This document shows, in pieces, positions 50,343 through 59,344 of a stretch of 64,000 nt of DNA. The DNA comes from Fimbriimonadales bacterium. GTDB lineage: Bacteria > Armatimonadota > Fimbriimonadia > Fimbriimonadales > JABRVX01. Each line of letters opens with the position of its first letter. Within the stretch, counting starts at the first letter, position 1. The stretch lies in the NCBI GenBank assembly GCA_045862955.1, contig BTVI01000002.1, positions 64,001 to 128,000 on the forward strand, given 5' to 3'. Below the pieces are notes generated by a model, which saw nothing but the letters and a program-made list of their open reading frames with translations, did not search any database and was not told the origin of the DNA. The position numbers were made by a program, and so were the translations under genes.

Positions 50343-51033
50343 CTAGTGGTGACAGCACTTGCGCGAATACTGCCCGGCGTCCCATGGCCCCTCACAGTCC
50401 TTCAGTTCGTATACCCGCGTCGTGCAGCTATCCCAGACACAGCCCGGTCCCTGCTGATCGATGCACCTATCGAACCCACTGGGCAAGTACAGGGTTGACC
50501 CGCCGTACTGCCAGTTTGAGCAGCCGTAGTCACAGCAGTGGCCTTCCGGATCGCAGTTGGGGTTGGGCTCAGACATGGTCGCCACACCCTGGGCGACCGC
50601 GATGCCCACCAGCAGCAGCACCGCCACCGATGCGAGGCTGCGGACTGCCGATAGTTGCTGGGCGCGAGCTACGATTTCGCGGACGGTAGCCGCGGCTACG
50701 ACACTAAAGCACGCCCAGACGCCTACGCACAAGGGGCAGAGGGCACCGTCGCGGGACATCGCGTCCAGGGCGACCACCCCGACCGGAATCCCCGCCAGGA
50801 CGGCAAGTCGGGAAATACGACGCAACCGGGACCTGCACACGCCGTTGAGCAACTGAAGCACGAAGAAAGCTGCGCCGGCAATGGCTGGCAAGAACGCTGC
50901 GAATGTCGCCCCGACAATCGTCTGCCCAGCGCAATCACAGATCCTCATGCCTCCGGCCTCAGCGACGCGAGTAGCTAGGATGGCAGTGGAGAGTACCACC
51001 CCCCCAGCACGCTAACGAAGTGAGCTTCTTCAC
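50343..51033 (-). CDS. Membrane protein with VKOR-like CxxC and a 10-Cys C-terminal domain; apparent frameshift in G7 tract at 50999-51005
   Basis: ORF 50343-50999 has TM helices, CDC, CPLC and a Cys-rich tail; upstream GAGGTG RBS plus GTG 51033 (MKKLTSLACWG) joins in frame if the tract is G6. Confidence 0.6.
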
Positions 51034-51086
51034 TTCTTCCACACCTCATCTTGGTCTAGCGCGCCTGGTGCGCCGGGTTCGTAATC

Positions 51087-51115
51087 ATTCTATCGCTTCC
51101 CGAGGGCTGCGTCAA
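51087..51115 (-). promoter_or_regulatory. Sigma70-type promoter for the 51033 gene and prepilin gene
   Basis: Minus strand TTGACG-17 nt-TAGAAT. Confidence 0.7.
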
Positions 51116-51278
51116 GTCTTCCGGGTGTCATCCTGCGAGGTTCCTTCGATTCTGATGGTACATCGGTACAACGAACCGGCGACGCCGGTTGGCCCAACGC
51201 CGAGCCGGGTGCGAGCTTCCCCACTCTCGGCCGTTGAGAACTTCGGGTAACCTGCAACGTATCCGACAATGGAGCCTG

Positions 51279-51500
51279 ATGAAGCCGCACTTGACGATCA
51301 TCTATGAGCTGGGCGAGGACGGGTGGTGGCTCGCCACGATCCCTGAGGTGCCGGGAGCCTTCTCGCAGGGGAGAACGAAGGACGAAGCCCGCGAGAACGT
51401 CCTCGACGCCCTTCACGAACTGATGGAGGCACGGAGAGAGCTCGCGCTCCGCGAGCGCCCTGCCGACGCTGAGGTGGAGTCGCTGCCGTTCGCGGGCTAG
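51279..51500 (+). CDS. hicB: HicB-family antitoxin (short, no DNA-binding domain)
   Basis: GGAG RBS; LTIIYELGEDGWWLATIPEVPGAFSQGRTKDEARENVLDAL. Confidence 0.9.
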   Translation: MKPHLTIIYELGEDGWWLATIPEVPGAFSQGRTKDEARENVLDALHELMEARRELALRERPADAEVESLPFAG

Positions 51501-51691
51501 CCGGCCGCCGGAGGCTGAATCTCGAGCTCCGAGCATATACGCCGAACCAAGAGGCGGCCAATCTCGTGGTGACGCGGAACCGGCGCGGTTTTGCCCGAGA
51601 CCGGATTGCGATAGATCGTGTGCTTCGCACCTTCCCTGATCTTCTGGCAGCCCTGCTCTCGCAGGTGCCTCAGCAGATCGCCTCGCCTCAT
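51497..51691 (-). CDS. hicA: HicA-family toxin
   Basis: MRRGDLLRHLREQGC..IREGAKHTIYRNP....APVPRH.EI...LVRRICSEL. Confidence 0.9.
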   Translation of the reverse strand: MRRGDLLRHLREQGCQKIREGAKHTIYRNPVSGKTAPVPRHHEIGRLLVRRICSELEIQPPAAG

Positions 51692-52398
51692 GGCTCACCG
51701 TTGGTTTCGTCTAGCAAGTCAATACGCAGATGGGCGAACAGCTTTGCTAGCTCTTGCCGGGTCAAGTCATCTGGCACGCGCAACTCGGCCATGCGTCCCC
51801 TGGTCAGGAAGTAGCGGAGAACTACAACCTGCGTAGCCGCAGGAGTGGAATCAGTCGCAACGGAAGGAGGCTGACCAGTACGCTTCGTCTTGCCTGAGCC
51901 AACATCGTGCTGCCTACTGGAACCCGTGCGGCGCGAAGATCTCTGGCCAGCCGACTTCGCGTGCTCACCAGACCAAAGTACCTGGAACAGTCTGGCAACA
52001 TTGCGTGCTGTCTGCGAGCCCAGACCTTTCGTGACCAGCATTCGCTGCACCGTCTCCGCGTCCGGGGCCGTCCCGGACAGCGCATCCACGATGTCCCCGG
52101 GAAAGGCGGCTCGCAACATCTGGGCACAGGCTTCGCGGTAGCCATCCTCCGTTCGCCATGCTTTGGCGATCTCGGTCGGCGTCCCATCAGCATCGATGAG
52201 ACTCAGCCTCTTGAGCTGACTAACAACCGTCCGCGCGCTGCGTTCCTTTTGATACCCTGGCACATGGGCCATTACCCAGGTCGGGTCAACACGAGCCGGA
52301 CTTCTCCTAATAAAAGCTTCCCTAATGGCGAAGTAGGCCGATCTTGTCAACTGGGGGAAGTTGTCGGTTTTCGCAGGCCTTTCCATAGGTTTACTCAT
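51688..52398 (-). CDS. DUF5343-like hypothetical protein
   Basis: P..VD..W......SARTVVSQLKRLSLIDADGTPTE....WR...Y pattern; GAAGGGAG RBS; stop overlaps hicA start. Confidence 0.6.
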   Translation of the reverse strand: MSKPMERPAKTDNFPQLTRSAYFAIREAFIRRSPARVDPTWVMAHVPGYQKERSARTVVSQLKRLSLIDADGTPTEIAKAWRTEDGYREACAQMLRAAFPGDIVDALSGTAPDAETVQRMLVTKGLGSQTARNVARLFQVLWSGEHAKSAGQRSSRRTGSSRQHDVGSGKTKRTGQPPSVATDSTPAATQVVVLRYFLTRGRMAELRVPDDLTRQELAKLFAHLRIDLLDETNGEP

Positions 52399-52449
52399 CT
52401 CCCTTCGCCCAGAGCGACCGCATCACGACCGGCACTGAACGCTGCGGGC

Positions 52450-52479
52450 ATAATACCCGTAATGCAAGTTGGACGTCAA
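52450..52479 (-). promoter_or_regulatory. Sigma70-type promoter for the DUF5343-hicA unit
   Basis: Minus strand TTGACG-18 nt-TATTAT. Confidence 0.6.
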
Positions 52480-52715
52480 TACCATATATGGCGACGCCAC
52501 AAGACCCGCAATACCACCAGCGCGCCCCCGATGTTCTCAGCCACATCGAGCCATCTGCCGCAGGCGCATGTGTGGAGGAGCGCTCGCAACTCCCGACGGG
52601 TCAAGCCTGAACTGACGGCCATCTCCCATCGAACTCGTCTGACCGGTCGGACCCGTCAGCCTCGTCGTACCCCTCCGACTCGTCCTGCACCTCCCGTTTG
52701 GAATACACTCTCCCC

Positions 52716-53675
52716 GTGCAAGCGCAACCTGAACTAAAGCGTGCAGTGGTCACCGGAGGGGCCGGGTTCCTCGGCTCCCACCTCGCCGACCGGCTAATCC
52801 GCGAGGGCTGGGCCGTGACCGTGCTCGATAACCTGATCACCGGTAGTCTCAGCAACATCGAGCACCTGTTCGGCAACCCCGCCTTCCGCTTCATCAAATA
52901 CGACGTCACCGAGTACATCCACGTGGACGGGCCGGTGGACTTCGTGTTCCACTTCGCCTCCCCCGCCAGCCCGGTGGACTTCGACCGCCTGCCGATCCAG
53001 ACGCTGAAGGTGGGTGCGCTCGGAACGCACAAGGCGCTGGGTTTGGCCAAGGCAAAGGGCGCGCGCTTCATGCTTGCCTCCACCTCGGAGGTATACGGCG
53101 ATCCGCTGGTGCACCCGCAGCCGGAGGAGTATTGGGGCAACGTCAACCCCATCGGCCCGCGCGGCGTGTACGACGAGGCGAAGCGCTATGCCGAATCGCT
53201 CACCATGGCCTACAAACGCTACCATGGGGTGGACGTGCGCGTGGTGCGCCTATTCAATACGTATGGCCCGCGAATGCGAATGGACGATGGGCGCGCGGTG
53301 CCGAACCTATTGACGCAGGCGCTAACGGGCAAGCCTTTGACCATCTACGGCGATGGGAGCTATACGCGCAGCTTCGGCTACGTGGACGACATCTTGGAAG
53401 GCGTGTGGCGGCTGGCGTTCTCGGACTACTCGCTGCCCATGAACATCGGCTCGCCTCACGAGTTCACGATGCTGGAACTGGTGGAGGTGATCCGACGGGT
53501 GACCGGGGCGCAAGTCCAAGTCGAGCATCATCCACCGCTGCCGGATGACCCGAAGCGCCGCCAACCCGACATCACCAAGGCGCGCACCATCCTCGGCTGG
53601 GAGCCCACCACGCCGCTGGAAGAAGGCCTCCGTATCACCGCCGAGGACTTCCGAAGGAGGCTGGCCGCCGGATAG
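52716..53675 (+). CDS. UDP-glucuronate decarboxylase-family SDR
   Basis: [64 protein letters not shown]. Confidence 0.93.
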   Translation: MQAQPELKRAVVTGGAGFLGSHLADRLIREGWAVTVLDNLITGSLSNIEHLFGNPAFRFIKYDVTEYIHVDGPVDFVFHFASPASPVDFDRLPIQTLKVGALGTHKALGLAKAKGARFMLASTSEVYGDPLVHPQPEEYWGNVNPIGPRGVYDEAKRYAESLTMAYKRYHGVDVRVVRLFNTYGPRMRMDDGRAVPNLLTQALTGKPLTIYGDGSYTRSFGYVDDILEGVWRLAFSDYSLPMNIGSPHEFTMLELVEVIRRVTGAQVQVEHHPPLPDDPKRRQPDITKARTILGWEPTTPLEEGLRITAEDFRRRLAAG

Positions 53676-53687
53676 GACGGTTCTATC

Positions 53688-54775
53688 ATCTCTCCACCCC
53701 CCATGGGGTGGAGAGACGTTGACCGAAACCCGGAGACCACACGCCCGCGCACCTCCACCCCCCATGGGGTGGAGAGACGAGAAGGCGCGCCACACCACTA
53801 TACGAGCAGGCGCGCCACACCACCATCTCTCCACCCCCCATGGGGTGGAGAGACGAGCAGGCATGCCACACCACAATCTCTCCACCCCCCATGGGGTGGA
53901 GAGACGAGCAGGCACGCCACACTACTATCTCTCCACCCCCCATGGGGTGGAGAGACGATCACGCACGCCACACCACTATCATCTCTCCACCCCCCATGGG
54001 GTGGAGAGACGATCAGGCATGCCACACCACTATCATCTCTCCACCCCCCATGGGGTGGAGAGACGAGCAGGCATGCCACACCACCATCTCTCCACCCCCC
54101 ATGGGGTGGAGAGACGATCAGGCACGCCACACCACTATCTCTCCACCCCCCCATGGGGTGGAGAGACGAGAAGGCACGGGAGCCTCCATCCGAGGGCGGA
54201 TGGAGGCAAGGGACTCTGAGAGCGGCGGAGGCATGCCACACCACTATCTCTCCACCCCCCCATGGGGTGGAGAGACGAGAAGGCGCGGGAGCCTCCATCC
54301 GAGGGCGGATGGAGGCATGGGTCTCGAGTGCGGATGGAGGCATGACGAGAAGGCGCGGGAGCCTCCATCCGAGGGCGGATGGAGGCATGCCACACTATCA
54401 TCTCTCCACCCCCCCATGGGGTGGAGAGACGAGAAGGCACGAGAGCCTCCATCCGAGGGCGGATGGAGGCATGGGAAAGGCATCACCACTATCTCTCCAC
54501 CCCCCATGGGGTGGCGAGGCGAGAAGGCGCACGATCCTCCATCCGAGGGCGGATGGAGGCATGGGAAAGGCATCACCACCATCTCTCCACCCCCCATGGG
54601 GTGGAGAGACGAGAAGGCGCACGAGAGCCTCCATCCGATGGCGGATGGAGGCATGGGACTCTGAGATCACCACCATCTCTCCACCCCCCATGGGGTGGAG
54701 AGGCGAGAAGGCGCACGAGCCTCCATCCGATGGCCGATGGAGGCATGGGACTCGGAGAACGGCGGAGGCATGACG
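53688..54775. repeat. Mosaic array of two palindromes (BIME/REP-like): 14 x CTCTCCACCCCCC(C)ATGGGGTGGAGAG and 7 x GCCTCCATCCGAGGGCGGATGGAGGC
   Basis: Counted by eye; first nine A copies precede any B, mostly at 51/54-bp period, then A and B alternate; linkers near-identical. Confidence 0.92.
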
Positions 54776-54803
54776 AGACTGCCGATTGTTGACCGAGGAC
54801 GCG

Positions 54804-55997
54804 CTACTTCGAGAAGACTCCCCCAATCCCGTAGCGGGTAGCAAGTGCTGCTAGGATGGTACCGACGCCCATCCCGATCACGTAGCCATACGGCAATCCC
54901 ACCGCCATCAGACCTACCATGATGGCGATGGGCAGCGCATAGCGCGGCGCGTCGGTCGCAGCCTGGTCCCGCACTAACACCATCAGCGCCAGTCCTTCGA
55001 ACGCTAGGATCACCCCGAGGATCGGCTTGGGGAACACCTGGATGACCGATGCGAATGCACCACTGAGAAACAGCCCAAGCACCAGGTAGAGCGCCCCATA
55101 GATCACCACCGACCCACCCGTGCGTGCCCCGAAAGCGTAATGCCCCGCAAGCCCACCCGACCCGTGGCATGTAGGGATGCCGCTGAAGAAGGGGTTGATG
55201 AGGTTCATCACCGAGTAGGTGAAGCCGATCTTCCGCAGGCTCAATGGGCGATCCGGGAAGTAGTCTGCCACCAGCTGCTTGGTCGCTAACACGGAGTTGC
55301 CGAGCGATAGCGGTATTTGCGGCAGAGCCAGCAGCAGGAATCCTAGCCAAATATGCTCGAGCGTCGGCACACGTACTTGGGGAGTGCTCAGCCCGATGCC
55401 CGCCAGTGCGCCATCGAAAGGGGCCTTGAACGCCAGCGCGTACGCCACCCCGAGGCCGATGATGAAAAGTGCGGCAGGGTACTTCCTGTTTCCCAGCAAC
55501 GCCACTGCTATCACGAACGCAACGCCAGCTAACACGAAACCTGCGGCGCCGTCCGCAGGTACGAACTCCTTGAGCGCCAGCGTGGCGAGCTGCAACCCCA
55601 GTCCGAACTGGATGCCACGAATCACTAGCTTCGGAATGATCCGCGCCAAAAGGTCCAAGCCGCCTGTGACGGTGAGCGCCAACATCACGATGCCGATCGC
55701 CAGCCCCGCCCCATACAGCACTTCGGGCGTTGCCTTCTGGGCGATCACCAGCGCAGCAACGGCCTTCAACGGCTGAACCGGGATCGGCATGCGATACCAC
55801 AGTGCGGTCAGCACCTGCATCGCGCCGAACAGGATCAGCACGCTGGCTGCGTCCAGCCCCGCAACCAGGATCATGCCGACGATGAGCGGCAGATCGGTGC
55901 CGATATCACCGAAAGCGCCCGCGAACTCGTTGCGGTCGAAACGGATGCGGGGCTTATCAGGCGTCATGCGGCTCGGTTGGATCTCGACGACGGCCAT
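54804..55997 (-). CDS. Putative sulfate/molybdate transporter (MOT1 family)
   Basis: EFAGAFGDIGTDLP, PIPVQPLKA, IRGIQFGLG, PQIPLSLGNS, PTCHGSGGLAGHYAFGARTG. Confidence 0.88.
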   Translation of the reverse strand: MAVVEIQPSRMTPDKPRIRFDRNEFAGAFGDIGTDLPLIVGMILVAGLDAASVLILFGAMQVLTALWYRMPIPVQPLKAVAALVIAQKATPEVLYGAGLAIGIVMLALTVTGGLDLLARIIPKLVIRGIQFGLGLQLATLALKEFVPADGAAGFVLAGVAFVIAVALLGNRKYPAALFIIGLGVAYALAFKAPFDGALAGIGLSTPQVRVPTLEHIWLGFLLLALPQIPLSLGNSVLATKQLVADYFPDRPLSLRKIGFTYSVMNLINPFFSGIPTCHGSGGLAGHYAFGARTGGSVVIYGALYLVLGLFLSGAFASVIQVFPKPILGVILAFEGLALMVLVRDQAATDAPRYALPIAIMVGLMAVGLPYGYVIGMGVGTILAALATRYGIGGVFSK

Positions 55998-56030
55998 GGG
56001 GGCTATCTTGACACACGAGATTGCGCGCGA

Positions 56031-56124
56031 TGGCGGGAGCGTGTGGGAATCGAACCCACCTGACCCGTTTCCGAGTCACAACGGTTTTGAAGACCGCGGG
56101 GCACACCAGCGCCCATTCGCCCCC
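56031..56124 (-). tRNA. selC: tRNA-Sec (anticodon UCA)
   Basis: 94 nt; long D-stem GGGCGC-TGGT-GTGCCC; anticodon loop CTTCAAA; long variable arm; T-loop GGTTCGATTCC; 3' GCCA. Confidence 0.95.
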
Positions 56125-56140
56125 GCGCGAGGATACCGAT

Positions 56141-57163
56141 TCAGACGACGAAGATGCGCGGCGGGCCTTCTTCGGCACCCCCGATCTCCGCGGCGCCCGG
56201 CAGCTCCGCGAGCAGGACATCCACATGCTCCGGTGCGACGAAGAGCGCCAGCCCGCCTGAAGTCTGCGGGTCCACCACCAGCTTTCGCATCTCCTCCGGA
56301 ACATCCGGCGCGAACTCCAGGATGTCGTCCAGCCACGCGTGGTTCGCCATCGCCCCGCCGGGAGAGTGCCCCTCGGCAGCCAGCCGCCTCGCCTCGGGCA
56401 GCAGCGGCAAGCGCTCCCATTCTAGGCGCAGCCCGACACCCGAGGCTCGCGCCACATGGGAGAGATGGCCAGCGAGCCCGAAGCCCGTAATGTCCGTGCC
56501 GGTCCTCACGCCGTGCCTCACTGCAGCATAGGAGGCTTCTCGGTTCAGGCGAGTCATGGAGGCGCATGCTGCTTCCAGCGCATCGGGCGGGCAAGAGTCG
56601 AACTTCGCCGCGGTGGTGATCACCCCGGTCCCCAGCGGCTTGGTGAGCACGATGCGCTGCCCAGGCCGAGCGTCCTTGTTCGTGATGGCCTGGCCAGGAT
56701 TGACGATGCCCGTCACGGCCATGCCGAACTTCGGCTCCTTGTCCTCCACGCTGTGCCCGCCGACTACGACGGCTCCGGCTTCGTTCACCTTTTCGTAGCC
56801 GCCGAGCAGGATGCGGCTCAGCACTTCGGGCGGCGCCACGCCGGCGGGGAAGCACAGGATGTTCAGCGCAGTGAGTGGCCGGCCACCCATCGCGTACACG
56901 TCGCTGAGCGCGTTGGCCGCGGCGATGGCCCCGAACAGGTACGGGTCGTCCACGATGGGCGTGAAAAAGTCCACCGTCTGCACCAACGCCGTTCCGTCGG
57001 GCAGCAGGTACACGCCCGCGTCGTCCGCCGTCTCTAGGCCGACGAGCAGGTTCGGATCTGTCGGGATGGGGAGCCCGCGGAGGACCTCCGCGAGTTGGGC
57101 AGGGCCCAGCTTACTCGCTCAACCCGCGCAGGCGACCATCTGGGTAAGCCGTATCTCGCTCAC
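56141..57163 (-). CDS. selD: Selenophosphate synthetase, selenocysteine-containing (in-frame UGA at codon 15)
   Basis: GTG 57163: MSEIRLTQMVACAG-UGA-ASKLGP...DDAGVY...QTVDFFTPIVDDP, ANALSDVYAMGG, GGHS, TDITGFGL, DPQTSGGL. Confidence 0.95.
57090..57118 (-). promoter_or_regulatory. Candidate SECIS hairpin directly 3' of the selD UGA
   Basis: GCGAGT-aagc-TGGGC-cct-GCCCA-ACTCGC. Confidence 0.6.
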
Positions 57164-57214
57164 GGTGAGAGTATAGCCCACTCCGCTAGCTCAGGCGCCG
57201 CCCGAAAGTGGGCG

Positions 57215-58342
57215 CTACCCGTTGTAGATGATACGCTTCACTACGTCGATCGTCTCGGCGGCGTCGCCCGTGGATTGGGCGCGGCGGAGATCGGCGCGAC
57301 GGGCGTATATCAGCAGAGCCTTCTTCATCGCGTTGCCGAAGAACTCTTTGCTCAGCATCATCGCGCGCACTTGCTCGGTTCGATAGGTGAACTGGTCCTC
57401 GCCGAACCACCCATCGTAACCGGTGTCCACCGCGGCATAGCAGAACTCTACCAAGCGCCAAATGTCGTCCGTGCCGGTGATGCGGTCCTCGTCGTTCGAG
57501 TTGTACTTCGCGGCGTTGATATGGAAGTTGGCGATGGGCACCCCCATGCGCTTCAGCAGGTACAGGCTGTCCGCGGGCTGGTTGCCTACCATCTGCTCAT
57601 GTCCGTAGTCTATCACCACACCCATCACCGTCTTGCCGAGGTTCTTGTTGACCTCGAGTGCTACCAGTGCGGCCTTGCCCACGGTGTTAACGATCATGTT
57701 GCCTTCGCGCGGCTCCTTCTGCTTCGCCTCGGTGCCGAACTTGAGACCTAACTGCGCCGCCCGCTCAGCGATGGCAGTACAACCTTCGATGAACCAGTTA
57801 AGCCGCTCTCCGTAATCCACCTCGAAGTGGTAGTCCCACCCATCGGAACCCGGCCAAAGCTGACACGACGCGCACCCTAGCTCCTTGCCGATCTCCACCC
57901 CCTGCAGGCAGAGTGTCAGGCAGTCTCGCCGCACGCCGGGGTCGGGATGGGTGACACCACCGAACTTCCACTTGGGGTCGGACCAGGTGTTCATGTTCAT
58001 GTTGGTGCAGACGATGCCATGCTCGGCGAGCGCAGCCCGAACGCTCTCGATTCGGCGCTGATCCTTGGCGTAGTGGGTATCTATGAAGCAGCGCTCGTGG
58101 AACTCGATGCCCTTGATGCCGGCGGCCTTCACACGCGCGATCTGTGCCTCTTCCGAACTGTCGAAGTCGGTGTCCCTGTTGTAGCCGTCGGGACAGAATC
58201 GATCCCGGAACTCCCCAGCACACCAGTGCCCCGCAGAGAAGTTGATGCCGTACTCGTCCAAAAACCGATTGACCCTGTCGCCTTCCAGATAGCCGCCGAA
58301 CTCGGACGACAGCTTCGCCAGGTTGTCAGAAGATACATTCAT
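57215..58342 (-). CDS. Xylose isomerase-like TIM-barrel sugar isomerase
   Basis: IEFH, WPGSDG, EAKQKEPR, IDYGHEQM, HIN...DEDR, WFGED metal ligands; GAGG RBS before ATG 58342. Confidence 0.85.
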   Translation of the reverse strand: MNVSSDNLAKLSSEFGGYLEGDRVNRFLDEYGINFSAGHWCAGEFRDRFCPDGYNRDTDFDSSEEAQIARVKAAGIKGIEFHERCFIDTHYAKDQRRIESVRAALAEHGIVCTNMNMNTWSDPKWKFGGVTHPDPGVRRDCLTLCLQGVEIGKELGCASCQLWPGSDGWDYHFEVDYGERLNWFIEGCTAIAERAAQLGLKFGTEAKQKEPREGNMIVNTVGKAALVALEVNKNLGKTVMGVVIDYGHEQMVGNQPADSLYLLKRMGVPIANFHINAAKYNSNDEDRITGTDDIWRLVEFCYAAVDTGYDGWFGEDQFTYRTEQVRAMMLSKEFFGNAMKKALLIYARRADLRRAQSTGDAAETIDVVKRIIYNG

Positions 58343-58735
58343 GTCGGACCTCGGATGTTCGTGCTGAACGGCCTCTTCGCCACGCGCTCGCAGTCTCCCT
58401 GCCCATACGCATGGCAGGTCACTCTCGCTCGCGTCGGAGTTCTGGGTGGCAACGCCAGCCATGACGGCTGAAACGCAGCGATTCCACCTCGCGGCACGGG
58501 ACGAGCGCATGCATAGGACGCGTGTGCGGGCATGTCGTGAGGGGCTATGGAAGCGGCTCCACGATCCGAGTGGTTCGAGCCGGCTGCCCCGAGCCAGGAA
58601 CGTTTCACCGACGTGACGTGGACCTCGCGGGCGTTTCGCCGAGGTACCTGCCTGTGGCAGTGAGGCGTAGAGAGCAAAATCCGGTTGGCAGCTTACTGGG
58701 ACGGCGCAGCTGGCACAGAGCGCGTAGCGACAGCC

Positions 58736-58954
58736 CTATTTCACGACTGGATTCCCTGCGTGTGGGCACGCGCCCTTGGAGCACGGACCGTAGGTCATAC
58801 AGTTGTTCTCGAAGCGGAAGCTGCCGGTGTAGCGAAGAATGCTCATGTCCGGAGCACCCAACCTGGGCTCGTAAGTCTCTACATGGGCGACGGCCATTGT
58901 CGCCAGAAATGCGGAGCCTAGACGAAGGGCAAGCGTCTGCAGCGACTTCTTCAT
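58736..58954 (-). CDS. Small secreted peptide (72 aa), paralog of 59084-59344
   Basis: GAAGGA RBS; signal-like N-terminus; LGAPDMSILRYTGSFRFENNC core. Confidence 0.7.
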   Translation of the reverse strand: MKKSLQTLALRLGSAFLATMAVAHVETYEPRLGAPDMSILRYTGSFRFENNCMTYGPCSKGACPHAGNPVVK

Positions 58955-59083
58955 CGGAGATCCTTCGGTAGACGGACAGATTTGCCCTGGATGCACCCAT
59001 GCCGTCATGACCAGTCTGGCCGGAACGAACAAGAAGGCCCAGCCGAGAGCGGCCGGGCCGGCGGATACAGCTGATGACTAGAA

Positions 59084-59344
59084 CTACTTCGAAGTCGCGC
59101 CGCAGCAAGGCACCTTCTCAGCGCAACAGGCCGACTGGCTGCCCTTGGAGCTGCATGCTGACTTGGCGCAGGGCGGGCAGAGCGTGCCGCAGTTGTCCCA
59201 AGCGCGGAACTTTGCCGTGTGCCTCAGAATGCTGTAGTCAGGAGCTCCCAGACTGCTCGGCTGGCAGCAGTTTCGCCCCCCGAAGCTGCTGGCGGACAGG
59301 GCCAGGGCCGCTGCCGCAACGATCAGAACGATGGCCTTTCTCAT
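59084..59344 (-). CDS. Small secreted Cys-rich peptide (86 aa, 10 Cys)
   Basis: GGAGGA RBS; signal peptide MRKAIVLIVAAAALALSASSFG; LGAPDYSILRHTAKFRAWDNC core. Confidence 0.75.
   Translation of the reverse strand: MRKAIVLIVAAAALALSASSFGGRNCCQPSSLGAPDYSILRHTAKFRAWDNCGTLCPPCAKSACSSKGSQSACCAEKVPCCGATSK

Noticed and set aside
53688..54775. CRISPR array or guide-RNA array
   Set aside because: Sequences between repeats are near-identical rather than unique spacers, a second palindrome is interleaved, and there are no cas genes in the window
53322..54844. Long repetitive ORFs on both strands (e.g. 53703-54773, 53840-54664)
   Set aside because: They arise because the repeat periods are mostly multiples of 3 and lack stops; open in several frames with no RBS or protein-like features
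56141..57013. selD as truncated gene or pseudogene
   Set aside because: The single upstream UGA sits at the catalytic Sec position, next to tRNA-Sec and a SECIS-like hairpin
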